A program made the translations under genes and the position numbers. A DNA stretch of 64,000 bases from an uncultured bacterium (lineage in GTDB: Bacteria > Acidobacteriota > HRBIN11 > JAKEFK01): positions 1,632,001 to 1,696,000 of the forward strand of contig CAVZQN010000004.1 of assembly GCA_963777505.1 (NCBI GenBank), read 5' to 3'. The notes below the pieces were generated by a model that was given only the letters and a program-made list of their open reading frames with translations, was not told the origin of the DNA and ran no database searches. How positions within the stretch are numbered: the first letter of the stretch is position 1; each line of letters opens with the position of its first letter. Positions 28,150 through 37,681 of this stretch are shown piece after piece.

Positions 28150-28686
28150 CTAATGGTCAACTTCGGATACAAATGTTGGTTGAAGCGCATCCAGAAAACG
28201 CATGGTATTGTCGCGATCAAATTTTGGATCACTCGATTCAATTAACAAAAAGAAACGATCACGTGAAGCAAGGGCAAAGCGCTTCACATTAAATACAGGA
28301 TGATATGGTTCCGGAAGTCCATTTAATGCAAGCATTCCAAGGACTGCAGTTAATGCGGCAACTAAAACTGTGGTCTCAAATGTAACCGGGATGAATGAAG
28401 GCCAGCTATTAAATGGCTTGCCTCCAACGTTGATTGGATATTCGACAACCGAAACCCAATAGCATAATGCATAACCACCGATGCATCCTATAATTCCACC
28501 AATCAAGACCAGTAATGGAAGCCGGTTTTTGTGAAATCCGATGGCTTCAGAAAGCGCTTCAATTGGAAATGGAGAGAATGCGTCCATCTTGCGGTAACCT
28601 TCTTCATGTGCTTTTCGTGCTGCGTCCACAAGACTATTGGCGTCTCCAAATTCTGCCATGAGGCCGTAAATGCCGCGTTCTTTCAT
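28150..28686 (-). CDS. actD: Alternative complex III subunit ActD (DUF3341)
   Basis: DAFSPFPI, YPINVGGKP..SWPSFIPVTFE, LP..YHPVF. Confidence 0.9.
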   Translation of the reverse strand: MKERGIYGLMAEFGDANSLVDAARKAHEEGYRKMDAFSPFPIEALSEAIGFHKNRLPLLVLIGGIIGCIGGYALCYWVSVVEYPINVGGKPFNSWPSFIPVTFETTVLVAALTAVLGMLALNGLPEPYHPVFNVKRFALASRDRFFLLIESSDPKFDRDNTMRFLDALQPTFVSEVDH

Positions 28687-30071
28687 TCCTCACCTTCGTG
28701 TTTTACTTCAGCTTCAGGAAGCAAAGTGCGCATTTCAAAAATGGAAATCATCGGTAGTACGCGAATAAATAAGAACAGGAGAGTCAGGAACAATCCAATT
28801 GTTCCAATGAACATACTCCAATCGAAACCAGTTCCTTTGTACATCCCCCATGAAGACGGCAGGAAATCACGGTGTAAACTGACCACAATAATTACGTATC
28901 GTTCCAGCCACATTCCGAGACTTACGATCAAAGAGATAATGAACAGAGCTTTGGTGCTATTTCTGATTTTCGTTAACCACAGAAATTGTGGCGTTATTAC
29001 ATTACACAGAATGAGTGCCCAGTACATTGTTTTATAAGGCCCTGTCATCCGATTGATGATCATGAATTTTTCGTACTGATTTCCGCTGTACCAGGCCATG
29101 AACGTTTCCATCATGTACCCATATGCGACTAGGAGACCTGTTGCGAGCATGATCTTGGCCATATTTTGGAGATGCCGCATAGTGATGAAGTCTTGTAAGC
29201 CATAAACCGCGCGAATGGGAATTGCAAGAGTGATCACCATTGCAAATCCAGCGTAGATTGCGCCTGCGACAAAGTACGGTGGAAAAATAGTTGCATGCCA
29301 TCCAGGAATTAATCCGACAGCGAAATCGAAGCTAACAATGGTATGCACTGAAACTACAAGCGGCGTGGAAAGTGCAGCAAGCAAACCATATGCAGTTTCA
29401 TAACGGTGCCAATGTTTTGTAGATCCGCGCCAACCCATGGCCAACATTCCGTAAATAATTCTTCCGATTCGTGAGTTGGAGCGGTCTCTTAAAGTTGCAA
29501 GATCCGGGATGAGCCCAACAAACCAGAAGAGTGCGGAAACTGTCGCATATGTTGAAACTGCAAAAACATCCCAGACTAAGGGGCTGCGGAAGTTCGGCCA
29601 GATTGACATCGTATTCGGATATGGAAACAACCAATATGCGAGCCATGGCCTCCCCATGTGCAGTATCGGATACAATCCGGCACACGAAACAGCGAACAGA
29701 GTCATTGCTTCAGCGAACCGGTTGATGGAAGTTCGCCATTGCTGTTTCAACAGTAAGAGAATTGCAGAGATTAATGTTCCAGCATGACCGATGCCGATCC
29801 ACCAGACGAAGTTAATGATGTCGAAACCCCAACCGACTGGAATGTTGATGCCCCAGATCCCAACACCGACAAATAGCAGCATCGTGATTGTAAAAAGCAG
29901 TCCCATGAGCAGAGTGAAGGCAATCGCAAAACCGATAAACCAGCCGAGTGGTGTCTTTTTAGTTAAGACAATTGAGCTGATTTTTTCTGTAATTGTCCCA
30001 AATGTATGGCCGGGTTCAAGAACAGGACTCGAATCCTGTGCTTTTATTTCCCGGCGTTCTTCCATACTCAT
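28683..30071 (-). CDS. actC: Alternative complex III NrfD-like quinol-binding subunit ActC
   Basis: WGFDIINFVWWIGIGHAGTLISA, RFAEAMT, FRSPLVWD, GWH.TIFPPYFVAGAI. Confidence 0.93.
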   Translation of the reverse strand: MSMEERREIKAQDSSPVLEPGHTFGTITEKISSIVLTKKTPLGWFIGFAIAFTLLMGLLFTITMLLFVGVGIWGINIPVGWGFDIINFVWWIGIGHAGTLISAILLLLKQQWRTSINRFAEAMTLFAVSCAGLYPILHMGRPWLAYWLFPYPNTMSIWPNFRSPLVWDVFAVSTYATVSALFWFVGLIPDLATLRDRSNSRIGRIIYGMLAMGWRGSTKHWHRYETAYGLLAALSTPLVVSVHTIVSFDFAVGLIPGWHATIFPPYFVAGAIYAGFAMVITLAIPIRAVYGLQDFITMRHLQNMAKIMLATGLLVAYGYMMETFMAWYSGNQYEKFMIINRMTGPYKTMYWALILCNVITPQFLWLTKIRNSTKALFIISLIVSLGMWLERYVIIVVSLHRDFLPSSWGMYKGTGFDWSMFIGTIGLFLTLLFLFIRVLPMISIFEMRTLLPEAEVKHEGEE

Positions 30072-30117
30072 AGCTTTGTACGCGGCGTCGCTGTCCCGGG
30101 TAAGAGCGCAGGTCTTA

Positions 30118-30181
30118 CGCCCGCTTGCCGCGGGCTTATCAACGCTGCGTATTTTTGTCCCCCGGCTTACGCCGGGGGCTA
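30118..30181. repeat. REP-like palindromes between actB and actC
   Basis: gcccgc-ttgcc-gcgggc and CCCCCGGC-TTAC-GCCGGGGG hairpins. Confidence 0.7.
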
Positions 30182-30186
30182 AACGG

Positions 30187-33147
30187 TTAAACATTCTTCA
30201 ATTCCGGATTCAGGTTACGAATATTCGCAAGATACGTCGTTCTGGGTTTTGTATTGAGTTCAGTTAGCAAACTATAGTGCAATTGATCCTTTCTCAATTT
30301 ACTGACACGGCTTTCTGGATCATTAATATCGCCAAACACAATTGCCTCAGCAGGGCATGCCTGCGCGCAAGCAGTCTGAACTTCGCCTTCACGGATTTTG
30401 CGATCTTCACGTTTTGAATCAATCCTTGCGTGATTAATTCTTTGAACACAATAAGTGCATTTTTCCATTACACCGCGCGTGCGCACGGTTACATCAGGAT
30501 TTCGCATGAGTTTCAAGCTTGGAGTTTTTAAATCCGAATAAAGGAAAAAATTGAATCGTCGAACCTTATACGGACAGTTGTTGGAACAATATCTTGTACC
30601 CACGCAGCGGTTATAAACCATTTCATTTAAGCCTTCAGTATTGTGAACGGTTGCATTTACAGGGCAAACAACTTCGCAAGGCGCGTTTTCGCAATGCATA
30701 CAAGGCAATGGTTGATGATGGATTGTCGGTGAACCGGGTTCACCTTCAAAGTAACGATCAACACGGATCCAATGCATTTCGCGTCCGCGTTTGACTTCTT
30801 TTTTTCCAACAACTGGAATGTTATTTTCAGCCTGACAGGCAATCACACAGGCATTACATCCCACACAAGAATTCAGATCGATTGCCATTCCCCAGGAATA
30901 GCCTTCATACTTGTGTTCAGGATACAGACTTGGGAGGTGTTCTTCTTCATGTTCGGGTGGATGAGCCAAATATTCCTGGAGTGAAGAAGATCGTACGATA
31001 TCGCGGCCTTCCATCGAATGATGATCCTGAGTGCAAGCAATTGTGTAAGTCTCATTCGCTTTTGTGATACTGAGACCTGGTGCTGCCCAATGGGCATTTG
31101 AACCGCGTAAATGAAATGCGTTGAAGCCAACCTTTCGTCCGACACGCCCGGTGCGAGTACGCCCATAACCCAGATGAAGCGTTACAGATTCTTCTGCTTG
31201 TCCTGGCAGGATCCAAACGGGAACTTTGAGGCTTTGATTATTGCATTTCAGTTCAACAACGTCTTCATTCTTTAAACCGAATTTTTTTGCAGTTGCCGGG
31301 CTGATTAAAGCAGGATTGTCCCACGTAATCTTTGTTAAAGGGCGTGGTAATTCTTGCAGCCATGCATTGTTTGCAAATCTGCCATCATACGCGCTGGGGT
31401 CAGGCCTGAATAACAATTCCAAACTTGAATCCTTTTGCAGCGCAGGGATCGATGCAACAAAATCTGTACGCGCTGTAACGCTTTGTTGAATTGCGGCAGA
31501 GTTCGCGACGACTCCATCATGTAAAGACTTCTCCCAAAATGATTCGAAATTCGCATTTTGATTTCGAGTTTGCCAGTAGCTGCGAACGATATCGTACGAT
31601 TTTGCGTCGGGTCTGCCATTCAATGCAGACAACACTTCGTGAGCAGATTTTGATCCAGAGTATAAAGGCGCAATTAACGGTTGAATGATGGTTGCCGTAC
31701 CATCGTATGCGCGAACATCACTCCACGATTCGAGAAAATGTGTTTCAGGAATGTGCCAGTGACACAGATTCGATGTTTCATCATGATGTTGACTGAGATG
31801 GATACGAAGTGAGACCCCGGTAAGCGCAGTACCAAAATTAAAATCAGCGGGCGCCGTGAAAACAGGATTACCACCGAGTATTAATAATGTATCGACCGTA
31901 CCTCCAGCCATATCCTTTGTGAGCTGACGAAGCGATTCATTCTGATTAACTGGATCAGCAACTATGGGGTCAGTATGAATTACTGTTGCGCCTGCATTGC
32001 CTAATGCGTCATTAATTGCATGGACAAGAGCATGAAGAGCAGCAGGTTGATGTTCGCCTGGAATCACGATGCATTTGCCTTTGTGCGCTTGCAAATCTCG
32101 AACGATTGGCGCAATCCACGCATGCCCTGCATATTCAGATCCGCCACCCAAGCCAAGTCCTGCTGCAATCGCTTTTGCAAATTCAAGAATGTGACTGGAA
32201 CGTAATGCAAGACGATGATCCGATACTGCGCCTGTGATTGATGGTGTGCTTTCTACAACATACAACCGGCTCATTTTTGTGTTATCCGCGCCCGTTCGAA
32301 CTTTTCTGCGCGAAGTAAAATCACGAATGTAACGGATATTTCCAGGGATGTTGGAAAAGAAATCTGCATCCAGTGACAGAACTACATCCGCTTGATCAAA
32401 TTTGTATTGAGTCTCCACTGGTTTACCGAACGCAATTCGAGCGCCATCAAAAACAGCATCTCGATTCACCGCTTCATATTGGTGCCACTTAGCACCGGGT
32501 AAAGCTTGAAGCAGCTGATTGATTTGATCTGCGAGTGTTGGAGATGAAATCGTTTCAGTTAAAATGCGGAGTCCTGCACCCGGAGTTGGACGCTGCTTTT
32601 CAATTTGCATTCTCAAATTTAGCGCCTGAAACAATTCAGTCCAGGAGCTAATGTTTAACAAATTCGTGACGGATTGCGATCGATCAGGATCGTATAAATC
32701 AAGCACACTGGCTTGTCCAAAAACATTTGTCGATCCGAGACTTGCAGGATGATCCGGATTTCCTTCAGCCTTCGTTGGCCTCCCCATATGATTCTCCATG
32801 AGCAACCCATTTCCATAGCCGCTCATTGTCATCGCAGTGGCAAAAAATAAAGGCTTTCCTGGAATCAATTCTTCAGGCTGTCGAACGTAAGGAACAATTC
32901 TTTCTTCGGGCTGTTTTGTACAGGACGTAATTCCAGCAAGCGCAAGGGAGGCACCCATGATTTTTATGAAATTTCTGCGGCTTACAGGATCGAACCATTC
33001 AGAAGCTTGTTCAGGAAATTCACGATGTAGATATTCAAGAAACTCTTCACTTCCAGATAATTCTTCAAGGCTTCGCCAATAACGCTTTCCTGTCGTACTT
33101 TCTAATTTGTTTTTGAGAGCCGGATCTATCGATCTTGGATTGCTCAT
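30187..33147 (-). CDS. actB: Alternative complex III subunit ActB (molybdopterin-oxidoreductase-like + Fe-S domain, Tat signal)
   Basis: YWRSLEEL, SRRNFIK, GRPTK.EGNP.HP, CVGCNACVIAC, CMHCENAPCEVVCP, CVGTRYCSNNCPY, EKCTYC. Confidence 0.95.
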   Translation of the reverse strand: MSNPRSIDPALKNKLESTTGKRYWRSLEELSGSEEFLEYLHREFPEQASEWFDPVSRRNFIKIMGASLALAGITSCTKQPEERIVPYVRQPEELIPGKPLFFATAMTMSGYGNGLLMENHMGRPTKAEGNPDHPASLGSTNVFGQASVLDLYDPDRSQSVTNLLNISSWTELFQALNLRMQIEKQRPTPGAGLRILTETISSPTLADQINQLLQALPGAKWHQYEAVNRDAVFDGARIAFGKPVETQYKFDQADVVLSLDADFFSNIPGNIRYIRDFTSRRKVRTGADNTKMSRLYVVESTPSITGAVSDHRLALRSSHILEFAKAIAAGLGLGGGSEYAGHAWIAPIVRDLQAHKGKCIVIPGEHQPAALHALVHAINDALGNAGATVIHTDPIVADPVNQNESLRQLTKDMAGGTVDTLLILGGNPVFTAPADFNFGTALTGVSLRIHLSQHHDETSNLCHWHIPETHFLESWSDVRAYDGTATIIQPLIAPLYSGSKSAHEVLSALNGRPDAKSYDIVRSYWQTRNQNANFESFWEKSLHDGVVANSAAIQQSVTARTDFVASIPALQKDSSLELLFRPDPSAYDGRFANNAWLQELPRPLTKITWDNPALISPATAKKFGLKNEDVVELKCNNQSLKVPVWILPGQAEESVTLHLGYGRTRTGRVGRKVGFNAFHLRGSNAHWAAPGLSITKANETYTIACTQDHHSMEGRDIVRSSSLQEYLAHPPEHEEEHLPSLYPEHKYEGYSWGMAIDLNSCVGCNACVIACQAENNIPVVGKKEVKRGREMHWIRVDRYFEGEPGSPTIHHQPLPCMHCENAPCEVVCPVNATVHNTEGLNEMVYNRCVGTRYCSNNCPYKVRRFNFFLYSDLKTPSLKLMRNPDVTVRTRGVMEKCTYCVQRINHARIDSKREDRKIREGEVQTACAQACPAEAIVFGDINDPESRVSKLRKDQLHYSLLTELNTKPRTTYLANIRNLNPELKNV

Positions 33148-33791
33148 CGGTGACACACTGTGCAATCTTGTAAACGAGCGATCTTGTATTTCTTGACAAG
33201 CTCCTGACCCTTTTTGAGTTGATCAGCCGGAGGCTCGTAGTTCATGTTGAATACTTCTTGCTGTTCTCGAACGTATTTTTCCGGATGACGATGACAATTC
33301 AAACACCATTCCATTGCCAGTGAAGCATCCTGCCACATTAAAGGCATTTGATTGACCTTGCCATGACACGTATCACAACCGACACCTTTTTTTACGTGAA
33401 TGCTGTGATTGAAATAAACAAAATCAGGAAGATCGTTAACGCGAACCCATTCCAGCGATTTTCCCGTGCGAAAGCTTTCTCTAACAGGTTCCAGGTAGGG
33501 GCTATTGGCCCAAATTTGTGAATGACAGTTCATACAAGTCTTCGTTGGTGGAATACCAGCAAACGAAGACTCTTCTACTGATGTATGACAAAAACGGCAA
33601 TCAATACCGATTCCGCCTACATGATGTTGATGACTGAATTGAACGGGTTGTTCTTTTGCGATCTTTGCTTGGGTGACATAAGGCGAACGATTGATTCCAG
33701 CAACCCCCCACCCTAACGCTCCCAAAATAAACAATCCGCCAAGAATGCTGAATTTCGATAATGTGTTCGTGCTCGGATGGAAGATCTGCAT
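33144..33791 (-). CDS. actA: Alternative complex III pentaheme cytochrome c ActA
   Basis: QPVQFSH..H and five CxxCH motifs (CRFCH, CMNCH, CDTCH, CLNCH, CTVCH). Confidence 0.93.
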   Translation of the reverse strand: MQIFHPSTNTLSKFSILGGLFILGALGWGVAGINRSPYVTQAKIAKEQPVQFSHQHHVGGIGIDCRFCHTSVEESSFAGIPPTKTCMNCHSQIWANSPYLEPVRESFRTGKSLEWVRVNDLPDFVYFNHSIHVKKGVGCDTCHGKVNQMPLMWQDASLAMEWCLNCHRHPEKYVREQQEVFNMNYEPPADQLKKGQELVKKYKIARLQDCTVCHR

Positions 33792-33967
33792 AGTACGCCT
33801 CTGTGCGAATCCGAAATCTCAGCGTGAACCTTTTATCGGGGAAGGAAAAATCTTACCGTATTTAATATAAAAAAGAAAACGGTTTCGGGGAGGGGCATTT
33901 TTCAGTGTTTTGCGCTAGTTTAATTCAACCCAAGAGGCCAGCGCCCTATTATGGGCTACACTGTACA

Positions 33968-34106
33968 TGATTTCAGATTTCAGACGTTAGATTTTAGATT
34001 GAAATTTTTGATTTAAGATTAATAGAAACCTTGCTTCAAGCTGAGTAAATCAATCAAAAATCCTCAATTCCAATCTGAAATCTGAAATCTAGAATCTGAA
34101 ATTGAA
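33968..34106. repeat. Inverted pair of heptamer arrays (ATTTCAG/ATTTTAG vs CTGAAAT)
   Basis: gatttcagatttcagacgttagattttagattgaaatttttgatttaagatt ... caatctgaaatctgaaatctagaatctgaaattgaa. Confidence 0.8.
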
Positions 34107-34107
34107 T

Positions 34108-34875
34108 ATGAATGAAACGGTTCGTTTTGAAAATGTTTCCTGTCGGATTGGCAGCGCGGAATTAATACGGGATTTGAATCTGGCAATCAGTGAAGGGGAG
34201 ACGTTCGTTCTTTTAGGCCGAAGTGGATCAGGGAAGACAACCACGCTAAAACTTGTGAACCGGCTTCTTTCAGCCACTTCGGGGGCTGTCATTGTGGAAG
34301 GACGCAATGTCGGAGACTGGGATCCGATTCTGTTGCGAAGAAGAATTGGGTATGTGATCCAGGAAATCGGTTTATTTCCGCACCTTACGATTGAAAAAAA
34401 TGTAGGGTTGGTTCCATCTTTGTTAAATTGGGATCCTGAAAAAATCAAAGAGCGTTACCGTGTTGTTATGCATTTGGTTGATCTTGATCCAGAGGTGTTT
34501 GCCAGTAGATACGCATTTGAACTTTCGGGTGGACAGCGCCAGCGTGTCGGCGTGGCCCGTGCACTGGCAGCCGATCCTCCCTTGTTGTTAATGGATGAGC
34601 CATTTGGTGCGCTTGATCCTGTAACCCGTACAGATCTGCAAGCCGCTTTCAAGTCATGGAAAAAGAGACTTGGTAAAACCATTCTCTTTGTTACTCATGA
34701 TGTGGCTGAAGCTTTTTTGCTTGGCGACAGAATTGGTTTGATGGAATCGGGTACTCTCGTTGAGTGTGGCACAAAAGCCGTTATGAATGATTCGAATCAT
34801 CCGCTCATTCATGCGTTTCGAGTATCCGTCGAAACTTTTTTGAAGGAATCCGAGAACACCAGTGAATCTTTATAA
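34108..34875 (+). CDS. Osmoprotectant (OpuC/ProV-like) ABC transporter ATPase
   Basis: GRSGSGKTT, LRRRIGYVIQEIGLFPH, LSGGQRQRVG, LMDEPFGALDP, VTHD. Confidence 0.92.
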   Translation: MNETVRFENVSCRIGSAELIRDLNLAISEGETFVLLGRSGSGKTTTLKLVNRLLSATSGAVIVEGRNVGDWDPILLRRRIGYVIQEIGLFPHLTIEKNVGLVPSLLNWDPEKIKERYRVVMHLVDLDPEVFASRYAFELSGGQRQRVGVARALAADPPLLLMDEPFGALDPVTRTDLQAAFKSWKKRLGKTILFVTHDVAEAFLLGDRIGLMESGTLVECGTKAVMNDSNHPLIHAFRVSVETFLKESENTSESL

Positions 34876-35509
34876 CTTCCTTTTGACCAATTGGAATGAG
34901 TTGGTTTCAGTTACGTTGCAGCATTTGTTACTTGCTTCAGTTTCGACTTTGATAGCATGCGCAATCGGTATACCCACGGGAATTTTTTTAACGCGACGTC
35001 CTGAATTAAGCAAACCGATCCTTGGTTTTGCAAGTGTTGTTCAAACAATTCCAAGTCTCGCACTGCTTGGTTTTCTTATCCCGCTTCCATTTATTGGCGG
35101 TATCGGACCTCGTAGCGCAATCGCTGCGTTATCGTTATACTCGCTTCTGCCTGTAATCAGCAGCACTCATGCCGGAATCAAAGGAATAGACCGGTCTGTT
35201 ATTGAAGCTGGCCGTGGAATGGGAATGAACAACAGGCAGTTATTAACTCAAGTAGAGATCCCGCTAGCGGCTGGAGTAATTCTTGCGGGAATCCGTGTCG
35301 CAATGGTTTTATCAATTGGAATTGCTACAATCGCAGCGCTTACTGGCGCAGGCGGTCTTGGCACATATATTTTTCGTGGTATTTCTATGCTCGATCATAC
35401 GTTAATTTTTGCTGGAGCCATTCCTTCTGCACTGCTTGCACTTTCAGCGGATTTGATTCTTGGGATCGTTCAGAAACATATTCAATTCGTCCCTGTCGTA
35501 AAAAAATAG
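34862..35509 (+). CDS. Osmoprotectant ABC transporter permease
   Basis: QTIPSLALLG, EAGRGMGM...Q.L..VEIPLA, GAGGLG. Confidence 0.92.
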   Translation: MNLYNFLLTNWNELVSVTLQHLLLASVSTLIACAIGIPTGIFLTRRPELSKPILGFASVVQTIPSLALLGFLIPLPFIGGIGPRSAIAALSLYSLLPVISSTHAGIKGIDRSVIEAGRGMGMNNRQLLTQVEIPLAAGVILAGIRVAMVLSIGIATIAALTGAGGLGTYIFRGISMLDHTLIFAGAIPSALLALSADLILGIVQKHIQFVPVVKK

Positions 35510-35511
35510 CT

Positions 35512-36378
35512 ATGCGTTTCCTATCCATTTTAATCCTGGCACTTTTTTCGTTTGCCTGCGCTTCTAAAGAAGAGGCAATTGTCGTTGGTTCAAAAAACTT
35601 TAGCGAACAAGTGCTGCTTGGTGAAATACTCGCTCAACAAATTGAAAACAAAACAAATCTTAAAGTCGATCGAAAACTAAATCTCGGTGGAACTTTTATT
35701 TGCCACAAAGCTATGATCGCAGGTGAGATGGATACGTATATCGAATATACCGGCACCGCCCTGACGGCAATCTTGAAACATGAAACCCAAACTGATCCGA
35801 AAACTGTAACGAGGATTGTAAAAGATGATTATGTCAAACAGTTTAAGATTGAATGGCTGGATCCTTTGGGATTCAACAATACATTTGCAGTTTTAGTTCG
35901 GAAAGAAGATGCTGGCCGATTGAATCTTAAAACGATTTCCGATCTTGCTCGTCATCCGGATCTGAGACCTGGTTTTGGTTACGAATTTATGGAACGCAAA
36001 GACGGCTTTCCAGGTCTTGAGAAGCTTTATGGTTTGAACTTTAAGGAACGTCCTAAATCAATGGACTTAATGATCAGTTACAACGCTCTTGCTCAAAAGA
36101 AGGTCGATGTCATTTCGGGAAATTCTACAGATGGGCTGATTGAAAAGTTGAATTTAGTAGTGCTTGAAGATGATCGGCATTATTTCCCTCCTTATGAGGC
36201 TGCTCCTGTCATCCGCATGGATACTTTGTCGCGTCATCCGGAGTTAGGCCCAGCATTACGTGGACTTGCGGGCAAAATTTCAGAGCAAGAGATGAGACGC
36301 TTGAACTCGCAGGTTGATGTGGAGAAACGTGACGTCAAACAAGTTGCCGCTGACTTTTTGAAAAGCATCTCACATTGA
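35512..36378 (+). CDS. Glycine betaine/choline-type ABC substrate-binding lipoprotein
   Basis: Lipobox SFAC, VGSKNFSEQ, Y.EYTGT, LGFNNTF, LEDDRHYFPPY. Confidence 0.92.
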   Translation: MRFLSILILALFSFACASKEEAIVVGSKNFSEQVLLGEILAQQIENKTNLKVDRKLNLGGTFICHKAMIAGEMDTYIEYTGTALTAILKHETQTDPKTVTRIVKDDYVKQFKIEWLDPLGFNNTFAVLVRKEDAGRLNLKTISDLARHPDLRPGFGYEFMERKDGFPGLEKLYGLNFKERPKSMDLMISYNALAQKKVDVISGNSTDGLIEKLNLVVLEDDRHYFPPYEAAPVIRMDTLSRHPELGPALRGLAGKISEQEMRRLNSQVDVEKRDVKQVAADFLKSISH

Positions 36379-36382
36379 GTAC

Positions 36383-36488
36383 GGAGCGCGGACATCTTGT
36401 CCGCATTAAGGGCCGCAGGCATCTTGCCTGCAGGAAAATTGCGGACTGGAAGTCCGCGGCCCGAAATGCAGGCTGGAAGCGTGACTCG
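36383..36488. repeat. Cluster of four REP-like palindromes (two direct, two inverted)
   Basis: ggagcgcggacatcttgtccgca, gggccgcaggcatcttgcctgca, tgcggactggaagtccgcggccc, and a degenerate fourth copy. Confidence 0.85.
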
Positions 36489-36507
36489 TGCGGTAGAGTT
36501 CTGATAT

Positions 36508-37614
36508 ATGAAATTTGAGGATTATCAGCCGGAAGAAGATTTATCGCGCGCATCAACCATTCCTGCCCGATGGTGCACGGATCCTGGATTTCTTGAATTA
36601 GAAAAGAAGAAAATCTTTTGGGCCACATGGCAACCTGTAAGCAGACTGGAATTGCTTCAGCGTCCGGGCGACTTTCATACTGCTGAAATTGCAGGTGAAC
36701 CGCTTGTCATAGTCCGTGGATCAGATAATCAATTAAACGCATTTTCGAATGTGTGCAGACATCGCGCAGGTCCTGTTGCTGTAGGGCGAGGAAATCGCAA
36801 AAGCTTGCAATGCCGCTATCATGGCTGGACATATGGTTTAGATGGCCGCCTTCTTACGCAACCTGATTTCGAAGGGGTTAATGATTGGAACAAAGAAGAA
36901 ATCTGTTTGCCTTCTTTTGCAGTTGAAGCGTATGGCCCGTTTGTTTATGTAAATTTAAGCCGCAGACCAAATCCACTTCGCTTGTATATGGGACATATTC
37001 CGTTTGAAGTTCAAGAAATGGGTGTTGATCTGAACAGTATGCGATTGATTGAACGCCGTGATTATGTTGTGAATTGCAACTGGAAAGTCTATGTGGATAA
37101 CTATCTTGAAGGCTACCATATTCCGATGGCCCATCCAGGATTATTTAAGGAAGTGGATACAGAACAATATCGCATTGATACATTTCGATATTACAGCTCG
37201 GCTCATGCACCGATTCGAGATTTAAAGACTGGAGACCTGCAAGGGCGGGATCGAAGATATGTCAGGAATACGGCCGAATCGAGAGCACTTTATTATTGGG
37301 TTTTTCCCAATTGGATGATCAATATTTATCCAGACAATTTGAGCATCAATATTGTTCTACCAATTAATCATGAACAGACGCTCACAATCTTCGAATGGTA
37401 TTTCAATGAACCGGGGACAGGTGAAGGCTGGGAATCGGTTCAGGAATCGATTACATTCAGCGATCAAATTCAGAAAGAAGATATCGAAATCTGCGAAGCG
37501 GTCCAGCGCGGTTTGAAATCAAAGACATATGATCGAGGCAGATTTTCGGTAAAAAAGGAAAATGGTGTTCACCATTTTCATCTGTTACTGAATGAATTCC
37601 TATCGCAACCTTGA
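36508..37614 (+). CDS. Rieske non-heme iron oxygenase alpha subunit (choline monooxygenase/CntA-like)
   Basis: Rieske NVCRH...CRYHGW, mononuclear iron site NWKVYVDNYLEGYHIPMAHP...EDIEICE.VQRGL. Confidence 0.88.
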   Translation: MKFEDYQPEEDLSRASTIPARWCTDPGFLELEKKKIFWATWQPVSRLELLQRPGDFHTAEIAGEPLVIVRGSDNQLNAFSNVCRHRAGPVAVGRGNRKSLQCRYHGWTYGLDGRLLTQPDFEGVNDWNKEEICLPSFAVEAYGPFVYVNLSRRPNPLRLYMGHIPFEVQEMGVDLNSMRLIERRDYVVNCNWKVYVDNYLEGYHIPMAHPGLFKEVDTEQYRIDTFRYYSSAHAPIRDLKTGDLQGRDRRYVRNTAESRALYYWVFPNWMINIYPDNLSINIVLPINHEQTLTIFEWYFNEPGTGEGWESVQESITFSDQIQKEDIEICEAVQRGLKSKTYDRGRFSVKKENGVHHFHLLLNEFLSQP

Positions 37615-37675
37615 TTTTAACGCCGAGTACGCCGAGGATTTTTAAATAATTTTAACTCGGCGTCCTCTGCGTTAA
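37615..37675. repeat. Head-to-head pair of the dispersed 3'-end motif (TTAACGCCGAGTACGCCGAG-type)
   Basis: ttttaacgccgagtacgccgag (37615-37636) is identical to the reverse complement of 14949-14970. The second copy at 37656-37675 is on the minus strand. Confidence 0.85.
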
Positions 37676-37681
37676 GAAAAA

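Noticed and set aside
36383-36488. CRISPR array
   Set aside because: Units are in mixed orientation with 4-7 nt spacers and there are no cas genes. This is a REP cluster.
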